DNA of 64,000 bases. Origin: a bacterium. Its GTDB lineage: Bacteria; Hinthialibacterota; Hinthialibacteria; Hinthialibacterales; Hinthialibacteraceae. A program made the translations under genes and the position numbers. This document shows positions 21,813 through 31,417 of this stretch, in pieces. The notes under the pieces are model-generated. The model was not told where the DNA came from. It saw only the letters and a list, made by a program, of their open reading frames with translations, and ran no database searches. The DNA lies in the NCBI GenBank assembly GCA_041946805.1, contig JBHGBC010000001.1:96001-160000 (forward strand). Direction: 5' to 3'. Each line of letters begins with the position of its first letter. Position 1 is the first letter of the stretch.

Positions 21813-23165
21813 CTAGGGTAAGCCGTATTTTTTCATTCGGTAGATCAGGGTCTGGCGGGAGATGCCCAACAACTTGGCGGCCTGGTTCTGGTTCCCACCG
21901 GTTTTCTTCAGCGCCGCGGCGATCAACTCTTTTTCCACTTCTTCCAACACGATTCCCTGGGGAGGGATCTCGATTCCCAGCCGGCTGAACGTGGGCCGCG
22001 CGGCGCGGATGTGGTCCGGCAGGTCGCTCACCTGGATGCGGTCCTCCCGTTGCCGCAACACCACCGCCTGTTCGATCACATTCCGCAACTCACGGACATT
22101 CCCCGGCCAGTGGTAATTCTTCAGGACCTCATAGACTTCCGGATCGGCCGAGAGCCGCCCGCCTCCCCATTCCCGTAAAAAATACTGAATCAACAATGGG
22201 ATATCATCCAACCGTTCCCGCAAGGGGGGGACGCGGATGGGAACCACGCTCAACCGGTAATACAGGTCTTCACGGAACCGGCCTTTTTCCATTTGTTGTT
22301 TGAGAGTTTTGTTGGTGGCGGCGATCACCCGGACATCGGCGGGGATGGGGACGCGGCTGCCGACCTTGTCGATTTCCTTTTCTTGCAGCACGCGCAACAG
22401 TTTGCCTTGCAGGTCCAGCCGCATGTCCGCAATTTCGTCCAAAAAGATCGTCCCGCCCTGGGCCAGTTCGAATTTGCCGGTGCGGTCCTGGATCGCGCCG
22501 GTGAACGCGCCTTTGACATGGCCGAAGAATTCGCTTTCCATCAGGTGTTCGGGAATGGCGGCGCAATTCACGGCGATGAACGGCTTCTTTTGCCGGGGGC
22601 TGTTGTAGTGGATGGCCTGGGCGATCAATTCCTTGCCCGTGCCGCTTTCGCCCTCCAGGAGAACCGACGAATCCGTTTGGCTTACCCGCCGGACGATATG
22701 AAAAACCCTTTCCATCGCCTCCGAGCCGCCCACGATGTGGTCAAACTGGAAGCGTTGCAGAAGGGCTTCCTGCAAGTGCACGTTTTCCCGCATCAAACCC
22801 TGGTAAGTCAAGGCTTTTTCCACCGTGACCAGCAACTCGTCCTTCGCGAACGGCTTGCACAAATAATCGTGCGCGCCGGTTTTCAAGGCGGTGATGGCCG
22901 TATCGATCGATCCGTGGGCGGTGATCACGATCACCAGGGTGGGCAGCGACAGGCGCTTGATTTCCGCCAGCAAGGCCAGTCCGTCCATCCCCGGCATCTT
23001 GATGTCCGTGATCACCAGGCCGGGATTGTCCTCCTTGAAGCGCCGCAAGCCTTCCTCCCCGCTGGCCGCCGCGCTGACATGGTAGCCGGCCTCCTCCAGC
23101 TGGAACTGGATCACCCGCAACAAGCTGGGATCGTCGTCCACCAGTAAGATGTGATGCGCCGCCAT
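21813..23165 (-). CDS. NtrC-family sigma-54-dependent response regulator (REC-AAA+-HTH)
   Basis: Motifs LLVDDD, DIKMPGMDG, GESGTGKE, GAFTGA, FLDEI, RFREDLYYRL and WPGNVREL, plus a Fis-type HTH. Confidence 0.95.
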   Translation of the reverse strand: MAAHHILLVDDDPSLLRVIQFQLEEAGYHVSAAASGEEGLRRFKEDNPGLVITDIKMPGMDGLALLAEIKRLSLPTLVIVITAHGSIDTAITALKTGAHDYLCKPFAKDELLVTVEKALTYQGLMRENVHLQEALLQRFQFDHIVGGSEAMERVFHIVRRVSQTDSSVLLEGESGTGKELIAQAIHYNSPRQKKPFIAVNCAAIPEHLMESEFFGHVKGAFTGAIQDRTGKFELAQGGTIFLDEIADMRLDLQGKLLRVLQEKEIDKVGSRVPIPADVRVIAATNKTLKQQMEKGRFREDLYYRLSVVPIRVPPLRERLDDIPLLIQYFLREWGGGRLSADPEVYEVLKNYHWPGNVRELRNVIEQAVVLRQREDRIQVSDLPDHIRAARPTFSRLGIEIPPQGIVLEEVEKELIAAALKKTGGNQNQAAKLLGISRQTLIYRMKKYGLP

Positions 23166-24266
23166 CTACTCCGCCTCCGGATGCCGGGGGATTCTGACGG
23201 TAAACCGCGCGCCGCCTTCCGGACGGTTTTCCGCTTGAATCACGCCTCCGTGATGATGGGCGATTTTCTGCGCGATCGAAAGCCCCAGCCCGGTGCCGTT
23301 GGCCCGGGTTGTGAAGAAGGGATCGAAGATCCGGGGCCGGATGGCTTCGGGGATGCCCGGACCGCTGTCTTCCACGACGCCCAGGACGTCCGGCCCATCC
23401 CGGCGGGCGGTGAGGATCAGTTCCCCGCCCTGGGGCATGGCTTGCATGGCATTGGCGATGAGGTTGGCGGTGATTTGCTTCAACTGGGCCGGATCGAAAT
23501 GCACGGCCGGCAATCCGGGTTCGTACCGGCGGATCACCTGAATCCGGCGCGCTTTCCGTTGCTGCGCCGTCAAATCCAACACGGCGTCGATCGTTTCCTC
23601 CAGGCGGCAATCGGCGGGCTTTTGCGTCTTGGGGCGGGCGAAATCCAACACCCCGCCGACCACGTGAGTCAGATGCCGCGTTTCCCGCCGCAGGATATCC
23701 GAGAACTCCTGGCGCTGTTCCGGCGTCAAGGCGTCAGAGGTGAGGATTTCCGCCGCGCCCTGAATCGAGGCCAGGGGCGTGCGGATTTCGTGCGCGATCC
23801 CCGCCGACAGCTCGGCCAGCGCCTGCACGCGCTCCGTCCGCCGCAACTGCTCTTCCGCCTTCAGCACCTGCTCGGTCTTTTGCCGCAGCTCCGCGTACGA
23901 CTGCTCCAATTTTTCCGAGGCGCGGAGGAAGCGCTCGGACAAGATCCCCGTGACAAATCCCAAAAACAGATGAACGAACACCTCCAACGTCTGATGGAAA
24001 TTCTGGCTGAAAAAATTCCCCCCCCATTGAAACCAAATATGCGACAGGTGCATCAGGGCCATGAATGTTCCCGTGACCATGCCTCCCCAGAAGCCGAACC
24101 AATACGCCGCGACGATGATGGGAAAGTAGCAAAGCCGGTCAAACACCAAGTGCCAATGGTGATACGGCACCGGAGTCAGGAAATGAAGACACGAAATCAA
24201 GAGGGACGCTCCGGCGATCAATCCGGCGCGCGGGAGGAAATGAGGCGAGTGGGTGGTGGACTTCAT
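23166..24266 (-). CDS. Sensor histidine kinase with a His-rich intramembrane sensor domain
   Basis: About four TM helices containing HFLT..YHHWH and HLSH. H-box AHEIRTPL, N-box NLIANA, and DSGPGI, FDPFFTT, GTGLGL. Confidence 0.92.
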   Translation of the reverse strand: MKSTTHSPHFLPRAGLIAGASLLISCLHFLTPVPYHHWHLVFDRLCYFPIIVAAYWFGFWGGMVTGTFMALMHLSHIWFQWGGNFFSQNFHQTLEVFVHLFLGFVTGILSERFLRASEKLEQSYAELRQKTEQVLKAEEQLRRTERVQALAELSAGIAHEIRTPLASIQGAAEILTSDALTPEQRQEFSDILRRETRHLTHVVGGVLDFARPKTQKPADCRLEETIDAVLDLTAQQRKARRIQVIRRYEPGLPAVHFDPAQLKQITANLIANAMQAMPQGGELILTARRDGPDVLGVVEDSGPGIPEAIRPRIFDPFFTTRANGTGLGLSIAQKIAHHHGGVIQAENRPEGGARFTVRIPRHPEAE

Positions 24267-24413
24267 GGAATGGGCTTCAGTGCTTTCTCAGGATAAACGC
24301 ATCCCGGAAGATCCTATATTGTACCATCGATCACTCGGGGCCATCGGGCACGGAAACCCTCAATCCCCCAACGGCTGGTTTCCCCAAAATACCCAATGAG
24401 CATCGCGTTCTGA

Positions 24414-24450
24414 TGATGCGCTTGCCACACCCCCTGTTGGTTTTGCATCA
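24414..24450. promoter_or_regulatory. Tandem candidate UAS sites (TGATG-N6-CATCA-like), 21 bp apart
   Basis: TGATGCGCTTGCCACA (24414-24429) and TGTTGGTTTTGCATCA (24435-24450), about 100 bp upstream of the sigma-54 promoter at 24551. Confidence 0.5.
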
Positions 24451-24550
24451 TCCCCCACCATCCCCTGAAATCCCGGAGGCCAAGAGAGGGTGTTTCCGAA
24501 CTCTTTGAAACCGCGCCACTTATTCCGAAATCAGCCTCCAGTATGGGATT

Positions 24551-24566
24551 TGGCGTGATTCTTGCC
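24551..24566 (+). promoter_or_regulatory. Sigma-54 promoter for the YHS-repeat gene
   Basis: TGGCGTGATTCTTGCC (GG-N10-GC with TTGC), about 100 nt before the gene start. Confidence 0.7.
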
Positions 24567-24664
24567 CTATTGCCTAAACAACCGGTCACAAGATACACCC
24601 TGATTTGAAGGGCGCGAAGATTCAGATGACGGCCACATATCGAAACCGATGGAGGTGCAAGACG

Positions 24665-25453
24665 ATGAAGTATCAAGGATTCATGAACATACTATGGAGC
24701 TTTTTGGGGCTTGCGGGCGCATCCCTAGCTTTGATTTCAATGCCATTGCATGCCCAAACGGAACACAATCACGCCCAACATTCTTCCCAGGAGAGCCCAA
24801 CTGCATCGAAAACCATTCAGGAAATCCCGGGGGATCCCTACACCTTGTCCACCTGCCCGGTCTCCGGACAGACGTTGGGCTCGATGGGAGAATCCGTGAT
24901 CTATACTTACCAGGGAAGGGAAATTCGATTTTGCTGCGCGGCGTGTATCTCCAAGTTCGAAGCGGATCCCGGAAAGTTCATCCAGAAAATCGATCAATTA
25001 ATGATCCAGGATCAATTGCGAGTATATCCACTCGACACCTGCGTGGTATCGGGCGAGAAACTGGGCGGTTCCATGGGCAAGCCGGTCGATTTCATATACA
25101 AGAACCGCCTGGTCCGGTTTTGTTGTCCCTCCTGCGTCGACTCATTCAAAAAGGATCTGGACCGATTTTTGAAGAACCTGGATCAAGCGGTAATCGAGAA
25201 GCAAAGATCCTCATACCCGCTGACCACCTGCCCGGTTTCGGGCGAGAAATTGGGCGGATCCATGGGCAAGCCCGTGGACAAGTTGGTGGCGAACCGCTTG
25301 GTCCGGCTTTGCTGCCCGGCCTGTGAAACGGCCTTGGCCAAGAACCCGCAAAAAATCCTGGGAAAAGTGTACGGGACATCGGCTCCAAAACCTAACGTTC
25401 ACGGATCCCATAAACAAAAAGTGGGCCATAATCCTGCAGGCTACAGACACTAA
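24665..25453 (+). CDS. Exported protein with three YHS/TRASH-like metal-binding repeats
   Basis: GGAGGTG RBS and signal peptide. Three repeats of Y(P/T)LxTC(P/V)VSG..LG.SMG.....Y..R.(I/V)R(F/L)CC..C, with His-rich termini. Confidence 0.8.
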   Translation: MKYQGFMNILWSFLGLAGASLALISMPLHAQTEHNHAQHSSQESPTASKTIQEIPGDPYTLSTCPVSGQTLGSMGESVIYTYQGREIRFCCAACISKFEADPGKFIQKIDQLMIQDQLRVYPLDTCVVSGEKLGGSMGKPVDFIYKNRLVRFCCPSCVDSFKKDLDRFLKNLDQAVIEKQRSSYPLTTCPVSGEKLGGSMGKPVDKLVANRLVRLCCPACETALAKNPQKILGKVYGTSAPKPNVHGSHKQKVGHNPAGYRH

Positions 25454-25543
25454 AAAAGAATTTACAAGTGAAACAATTATGACATTTTCCATGGATTGTA
25501 GCGTGTACATCTCGTCCGAACCCACCTGCCTTCACCCGGAATT

Positions 25544-25615
25544 CCCTCTCCCTCGGGGAGAGGGTCAGGGTGAGGGTTTTTTGGTAGGGGCGGGCCTTGG
25601 TGTCCGTCCGCGTTA
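25544..25615. repeat. Composite REP element (family B reverse plus GTAGGGGCGGGCCTTGGTGTCCG)
   Basis: Same arrangement as 26963-27035. Confidence 0.75.
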
Positions 25616-25686
25616 CCGTGTGGATGGATTCCCTTTTCCCATCCGGTTCACGCTAGCCGGATCACTCCTTTCCCGTGCGGTCAAGG

Positions 25687-26832
25687 TCAAATCAGGACCA
25701 GGTTGTTGCGGTGCACGACGACCGCCGATTTGCGGGTGTTGAGGATCTCGCGGATCTCCTCGCTGGACCGGCCCTGGATCTTGCGCAATTCCGACGACGA
25801 AAAGTTCACGAGGCCCCGCGCGATTTCCTGGCCTCCCAGGCCGGTGATCTGCACCAGGTCCTTGACCTGGAAGTGGCCGATGGTTTCCCGGATTCCCGAA
25901 GCGAGAAGGCTTTTGCCGTATTCGCGCAGGGCCGCCGCCGCGCCGTCATCCACGACCACCTTGGCCCCGGTCGGGCTTTTGGCGAAAGCCAGGTAATATT
26001 TCCACGCCGCCATGCGTTTTTTGGAGGGCATGATCCACGTCGCCCGGGCGTTCCCCGAAAAGAGGTCCCCGATGATCCCGAGCTTGAGCCCATTGGCGAT
26101 CACCACGGGAATCCCCTTGGACGAGGCGATCTTCCCCGCCGTCAACTTGGACCGCATCCCCCCCATGGACAACGGATTCTGGCTGTCCTTGATCCAAGAC
26201 TGGACCTGGTCGATGTCGTTGTCGATCACCTCGATCAGGTCGTGGCCGGCCTGGCCTTTCTTGAAATCCCGGTACACCCCGTCCTCGGTGGTCAACAACA
26301 GCAGCAGCCCGGCGTTCATCTTGCCGGCGACCAGGGCGGCCAGCATGTCGTTGTCGCCGAATTTCAGCTCGTCGGTGGAGACGGTGTCGTTCTCGTTGAT
26401 GATGGGGATCACCCCGATGGTCAACAAGTGTTGCAGGGTTTCGTTCGCATTCAGGTACGATTGCCGCCGGTCGAGGTCCATGCGCGTGAGCAGCACCTGC
26501 GCGGGAATGATGCCGTAGCGGCCGAACAAATCCGCATACAGGTTCATCAGCCGCCCTTGCCCCACGGCGGCGAGGGCCTGGCGCAGATGGATGGACGCGG
26601 GCCGCCCTTTGAAGCCCAGCGCCCGGACCCCCGCGCCCACCGCCCCCGACGAGACGATCAACACTTCGATGCCCTTGGCCCGCAGCCCGGCGATTTCCGC
26701 GGCGAGCGATTCCATCACCGGCCGGTTGAAATGCGTCTGCTCGTTGTCGATAACCCGGGTGCCGATTTTGATCACCACCCGTTTGACGTCTTTGAGGAGA
26801 ATATCCAATTGGCGGCGGACCAGTTCATTCAT
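25687..26832 (-). CDS. proB: Glutamate 5-kinase (with PUA domain)
   Basis: Motifs VVIKIGT, VSSGAVGAG, AAVGQ, PIINENDTV, FGDNDMLAA and GGMRSKL; PUA domain DDGA...GKSLLASG. Start re-called at MNELVR. Confidence 0.95.
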   Translation of the reverse strand: MNELVRRQLDILLKDVKRVVIKIGTRVIDNEQTHFNRPVMESLAAEIAGLRAKGIEVLIVSSGAVGAGVRALGFKGRPASIHLRQALAAVGQGRLMNLYADLFGRYGIIPAQVLLTRMDLDRRQSYLNANETLQHLLTIGVIPIINENDTVSTDELKFGDNDMLAALVAGKMNAGLLLLLTTEDGVYRDFKKGQAGHDLIEVIDNDIDQVQSWIKDSQNPLSMGGMRSKLTAGKIASSKGIPVVIANGLKLGIIGDLFSGNARATWIMPSKKRMAAWKYYLAFAKSPTGAKVVVDDGAAAALREYGKSLLASGIRETIGHFQVKDLVQITGLGGQEIARGLVNFSSSELRKIQGRSSEEIREILNTRKSAVVVHRNNLVLI

Positions 26833-26962
26833 GGCGGTGCAATCCGAGGAAGAAACCTTTCCGGGAGTTGAAACACAGGGTTCATTCGTCCAATCCGTTC
26901 CCAGTGTAAAGGAGAAACGGCCGGGATCCCATTCCCGTGGTTCAGAAAAACCACCCCACATT

Positions 26963-27035
26963 CCCCTCTCCCTCAGGGAGAGGGCAGGGTGAGGGAATTT
27001 TTGCAGGGGTGGACCTTGGGTGTCCCCCCGCGTCA
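26963..27035. repeat. Composite REP element (family B reverse plus GCAGGGGTGGACCTTGGGTGTCCCCC)
   Basis: CCCCTCTCCCTCAGGGAGAGGGCAGGGTGAGGG followed by the same downstream unit as at 25544. Confidence 0.75.
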
Positions 27036-27142
27036 TGACGGGGGGGGAATATCCTCCACCCATCATGCGCGCAATGGCCGGATGAGCCTTATTGAGTAAC
27101 CGATAGAAGTGTAATCGGGATTGCCCCGTCCTTGAATCCTTC

Positions 27143-28192
27143 CTACGCCGCGGTTCCCCCGAATTCCTTCTGATAGAGCGCGACGATCCGGTCCCGCAGC
27201 GCGCCGGTCTGTTCCCGGGTCAGCGCCGAAATGACTAGAATGGACTCCGCCGGGATCTCCGGCTGCTCCTTGCGGAAACAATCGAGCACCACGCTCCTTT
27301 CTTCCTCGTCGGTGAGAAGATCGGCCTTGTTCAAAGTCACGAGATACGGACGCTCGAGGATGGACGGATCGTATTGGCGGATCTCATGCTGCAAGTCCCG
27401 GAACGCGCCGGGCGGCAGATCGGGATCGTGCGGCGAAATTTCGATGACGTAGACCAGCAGCCGGGTCCGTTCGATGTGCCGGAGAAAATCCAATCCCAAG
27501 CCCAATCCTTCATGCGCGCCCTGGATGATACCGGGGATGTCGGCGATGACGATGCCTCCGCCATCCGGCAGGGTGATCGTTCCCAAGACCGGGTGCAGGG
27601 TGGTGAACGGGTAATCCGCGATGCGCGGCCGCGCACCGGTGATGGCGGAAATCAAGGTCGACTTGCCCGCGTTGGGCAGGCCGATCAACCCCACATGCGC
27701 CACCATTTTCAGCTCCAGCAGAGCCGTGATCTCCTCGCCCGGCTTGCCCGGCGTGCATTGGCGGGGCGCCTGGTTGGTCGGGGTGGCGAAACGGGTGTTG
27801 CCCTTGCCTCCATGACCGCCGCGGGCCACCACCGCTTCAGTTCCTGGCTTATCCAGGTCCAGCAGGATCTCGCCGGTCTCGAGGTTTTTCACCACGGTCC
27901 CCGGCGGCACTTCGAGTGTCAGGTCTTCCCCGTTGGCCCCCGTGCGGTTGTTTTTCCCGCCGGGAGATCCGTTCCCCGCCCGGTAAAGGGGCTGGCTATG
28001 CAATTTTTCCAGAGTGTTCAGGCCGGGATGGACCCGGAGATAAATGGAACCGCCGTCTCCCCCGTCCCCGCCGTCGGGCCCGCCGAAGGGGACGTATTTC
28101 TCATGCCGGAACGAGACGATGCCATCGCCGCCATCCCCGGCTTTCAGGCGCAGTTTCACCCGGTCTATGAATTTCCCCTCCGGATACCCCAT
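27143..28192 (-). CDS. obgE: GTPase ObgE/CgtA
   Basis: Gly-rich Obg domain (FIDRV...AGDGGDG..SFRHEKYVPFGGPDGGDGG); G1 GLPNAGKST, YPFTT, DIPG and NKAD. Confidence 0.97.
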   Translation of the reverse strand: MGYPEGKFIDRVKLRLKAGDGGDGIVSFRHEKYVPFGGPDGGDGGDGGSIYLRVHPGLNTLEKLHSQPLYRAGNGSPGGKNNRTGANGEDLTLEVPPGTVVKNLETGEILLDLDKPGTEAVVARGGHGGKGNTRFATPTNQAPRQCTPGKPGEEITALLELKMVAHVGLIGLPNAGKSTLISAITGARPRIADYPFTTLHPVLGTITLPDGGGIVIADIPGIIQGAHEGLGLGLDFLRHIERTRLLVYVIEISPHDPDLPPGAFRDLQHEIRQYDPSILERPYLVTLNKADLLTDEEERSVVLDCFRKEQPEIPAESILVISALTREQTGALRDRIVALYQKEFGGTAA

Positions 28193-28289
28193 GTTTCAAT
28201 CCGTGTTTCCTTTTTCATTCATCCGTCCTGGCCGCCCTATACGGGATTGGTGGCCATGCATACGTTATTTAGGTGAATAATCTGAAATT

Positions 28290-28323
28290 CCCTCTCCCTC
28301 TGGAAGAGGATCACAGTGAGGGG
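28290..28323. repeat. Degenerate family B REP
   Basis: CCCTCTCCCTCTGGAAGAGGATCACAGTGAGGGG. Confidence 0.55.
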
Positions 28324-28625
28324 AATCCTCTTTTCCACGCGCCTGACCCCGGTTTTCACCTGAATGGCAAGGAAAAACCTATCCATTCTTCCGGACCGCG
28401 CGCCGATTGAACCGCTCTTTGATCTCCACGGAGCCGGACGGTAAGATCATACTCCCGAACGGCTAAGGAGGAAGGATGGAAATATTCCCTTTTTTCCAAA
28501 AAATCGAATCGATCTGTCTTGAAAGAATCTCCTAAAATTGTTAATGTTAAAGATTATGAGCTGATAATTAATTATTCATTATAGGCCAAATTGAATGAAT
28601 TTATCAATTTTATCGGGAGATATTG

Positions 28626-29738
28626 ATGAAGATCTTGGTCACCGGAGGCGCGGGATTTATCGGTTCCTATATAGTGGATGAAATGCTCCGCCTGGGACAC
28701 CAAGTACGGATTTTTGACGCGCTGGATCCCCAAGTGCACCCCGGGGGGCAAAAGCCGGCGTATCTCAATCCGGAGGCGGAATTCATCCAGGGAGACGTGC
28801 GCGACATCCAAGCGCTGCAAAACGCCCTCCAGGGACAGGAGATTGTCTTCCATAAGGCGGCGGCGGTGGGGGTGGGGCAATCCCAATACCGCGTCAAGCA
28901 TTACGTGGATGTCAACACCGGGGGAACCGCCAATCTGTTGGACCTGCTGGTCAACACCAAGCATTCGGTGCGCAAATTGATCATCGCCTCGTCTCAAACC
29001 TGCTACGGCGAGGGGAATTGCGAATGCCCGGCGCATGGCCTCATCAAGCCCGAATACCGGAGCGAGGAGCAATTGCGGGCGGGACGGTGGGAGCATGAAT
29101 GCCCCCGCTGCGGCGTGGTGATGCGGCCGGTTCCCACGGTGGAATCCACCCCGCTGACCTGCCGCGTCATTTACGCCCTGACCAAACGCGACCAGGAAGA
29201 AATGGCCCTCGGCATCGGCGCCACCTATGGCATCCCCACCGTGGCCTTGCGCTACTTCAATGTGTACGGGCCGCGGCAGTCGCAATCCAATCCCTATACG
29301 GGGGTGATCGCCATTTTCATGGCCCGCCTGGCGAATGGGCGGGAGCCGGTGATCTACGAGGACGGCTTGCAATCCCGCGACTTCATCTCGGTCCATGACA
29401 TCGTCCAGGCCAACCGCCTGGCCATGGAACAGGACGCCGCGGACTACCAGGTCTTCAACGTGGGAACCGGCGCCGCGGTTTCCATCAAGACCATCGCCGA
29501 GACGCTGGCCGGAATATACGGCGTGGACATCGCTCCCGGCGTCACCCGCCAATTCCGGAAAAACGATACCCGCCACTGCACGGCGGATATCACGAAAATA
29601 AGGGAAATCCTGGGATTTCAACCCCGCGTCTCCCTGCGCGAGGGGTTGGAGGAAGTGGTGGCGTGGTCGCGTACGATCCAGCCCGAGGACCGCTTCGAAC
29701 AAGCCGCCCTCGAGCTGGCGAAGCATGGATTGACCTGA
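28626..29738 (+). CDS. NAD-dependent nucleotide-sugar epimerase/dehydratase (extended SDR) with a Cys-rich insertion
   Basis: Motifs ILVTGGAGFIGS, YALTK, LRYFNVYGP and SRDFISV; insertion CECPAHG...HECPRCG. Confidence 0.9.
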   Translation: MKILVTGGAGFIGSYIVDEMLRLGHQVRIFDALDPQVHPGGQKPAYLNPEAEFIQGDVRDIQALQNALQGQEIVFHKAAAVGVGQSQYRVKHYVDVNTGGTANLLDLLVNTKHSVRKLIIASSQTCYGEGNCECPAHGLIKPEYRSEEQLRAGRWEHECPRCGVVMRPVPTVESTPLTCRVIYALTKRDQEEMALGIGATYGIPTVALRYFNVYGPRQSQSNPYTGVIAIFMARLANGREPVIYEDGLQSRDFISVHDIVQANRLAMEQDAADYQVFNVGTGAAVSIKTIAETLAGIYGVDIAPGVTRQFRKNDTRHCTADITKIREILGFQPRVSLREGLEEVVAWSRTIQPEDRFEQAALELAKHGLT

Positions 29739-29739
29739 C

Positions 29740-30363
29740 ATGACGCTGGTGGACATTCAACATTTTTTCGATCGGCTTCGGCCCCCCCTGGAAAGCACGC
29801 TTCTGGCCGGTTTCGTTTCCCTGGGTCCCGGAGACCGGGTGTTGGAAGTGGGATGCGGCACGGGATACATCTCCCTGGTCCTGGGGTGGAAGCATCCCTT
29901 CAGCCGTGAAATCGTCGGTGTGGACATCGATCCCGCCGCGGTGCAGGACGCGGAGAAAAACCGGCGGGAATTGGAGGAAATCTGGAAAGGCTATCTGCCG
30001 CCCATCCGGTTTCTCCGGGCTGACTTGGCGGAGATGGACACCAGCTGGCCGCGCTTCGACTTCCTGGTCAGCAATCCGCCCTTTTTCCCGGCGAAAGCCT
30101 CCCGCCCTTCCCCCTCGGCTTCCCGCCGCGCGGCCCGGCAGGACAAGCAGCTCACTCCGGAAATCCTGATGGCCGGCGCCGTCCGCCTTTTGAATCCGGG
30201 CGGCCTGCTGGCCTTGGTGTATCCCGCCCTGCGGGTGCATGAAATCTACACCCGCGCGCGGGAGAACGCCTTCGAAGTCATCAAGGAAGAAATCCACTCC
30301 GGCGTGCGGATGCGGAACGGCGGCATCCGCCTCCTGCTCATGAAACGTCTAGTACTTTCCTGA
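29740..30363 (+). CDS. SAM-dependent N-methyltransferase (YfiC/TrmN6-like)
   Basis: Motif [16 protein letters not shown], and motif IV SNPPF followed by ..RRAARQ. Confidence 0.75.
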   Translation: MTLVDIQHFFDRLRPPLESTLLAGFVSLGPGDRVLEVGCGTGYISLVLGWKHPFSREIVGVDIDPAAVQDAEKNRRELEEIWKGYLPPIRFLRADLAEMDTSWPRFDFLVSNPPFFPAKASRPSPSASRRAARQDKQLTPEILMAGAVRLLNPGGLLALVYPALRVHEIYTRARENAFEVIKEEIHSGVRMRNGGIRLLLMKRLVLS

Positions 30364-31279
30364 AATAGGCGATGGTTTTCTGAAGCCCCTCGCGGAGCGC
30401 CACCTTCGGCTCCCATCCCAACTTCTGCCGCGCCTGGGTGATATCGGGCTGGCGCACTTTCGGATCATCCTCCGGCAGTTCGCGGCACACCACCGGGCTG
30501 GACGAACCGGTCAGTTCCAGCACCACCCGGCTGAGCTCCGCCACCGTCATCTCGGCCGGATTGCCGATGTTCACCGGCATCCGCTCGTCCGATTCCAGCA
30601 ACCGGATGATGCCCTCCACCTCGTCCGAAACATAGCAAAACGACCGGGTTTGATGCCCGTCGCCGAAAATGGTCAGCGGCTCGTTTTTCAACGCCTGGGT
30701 GATGAAGGTCGAGACCACACGCCCGTCATGCACCCGCATCCGGGGCCCGTAGGTGTTGAAGATGCGGACAATGCGGGTCTCGATGCCATGATACCGGTGA
30801 TAGGCCATGGTCATGGCTTCGGCGAAGCGCTTCGCCTCGTCGTACACGCCCCGGGGGCCGATGGGATTCACGTTGCCCCAATAGGATTCATGCTGGGGAT
30901 GGATCAACGGATCGCCGTACACCTCGGACGTGGACGCCAGCAGAAACCGGGCCTTTTTCTCCTTGGCCAGCCCCAGCGCCTTGTGAGTGCCCAAGGATCC
31001 CACTTTCAACGTCTGAATGGGCAGTTTGAGGTAATCGACCGGGCTGGCGGGCGAGGCGAAGTGGAGGATGTTGTCGATATTGCCGGGGACGTGGACGTAA
31101 TTGGTGACATCTTGGTATATGAAAAGACAATCCTTGCGGCCGATGAGGTGTTCGATGTTGCTGAGACTGCCGGTGATCAGGTTGTCCATGCAAATCACTT
31201 CGTGGCCGCGTTCCAACAAGGCGTCCGCCAGGTGGGATCCTAAAAATCCCGCCCCTCCCGTGATCAAGGTCCGTGGCAT
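30338..31279 (-). CDS. UDP-glucuronate decarboxylase (UDP-xylose synthase)-like SDR
   Basis: Motifs [59 protein letters not shown] and [10 protein letters not shown]. Confidence 0.92.
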   Translation of the reverse strand: MPRTLITGGAGFLGSHLADALLERGHEVICMDNLITGSLSNIEHLIGRKDCLFIYQDVTNYVHVPGNIDNILHFASPASPVDYLKLPIQTLKVGSLGTHKALGLAKEKKARFLLASTSEVYGDPLIHPQHESYWGNVNPIGPRGVYDEAKRFAEAMTMAYHRYHGIETRIVRIFNTYGPRMRVHDGRVVSTFITQALKNEPLTIFGDGHQTRSFCYVSDEVEGIIRLLESDERMPVNIGNPAEMTVAELSRVVLELTGSSSPVVCRELPEDDPKVRQPDITQARQKLGWEPKVALREGLQKTIAYFRKVLDVS

Positions 31280-31417
31280 ATTCAACTCCGAGTGTATGAA
31301 CGGTCTGGGATTGACAAAAAAACTGGATCTATCCTACAAGCGGGTTCCCCTCACGGCAAGAAGGCGGGATCGGCGGTCCCGCATGTCCAGCCGTTTTCAC
31401 GGCGCATCCCCGCCGGT

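Noticed and set aside
21380..21816. Small ORFs in the cus promoter region
   Set aside because: They overlap the MITE-like element, promoter and UAS, and show no coding features.
28193..28460. rplU/rpmA upstream of obgE
   Set aside because: Only a 23-codon ORF with no L27 similarity was found; the usual synteny is absent.
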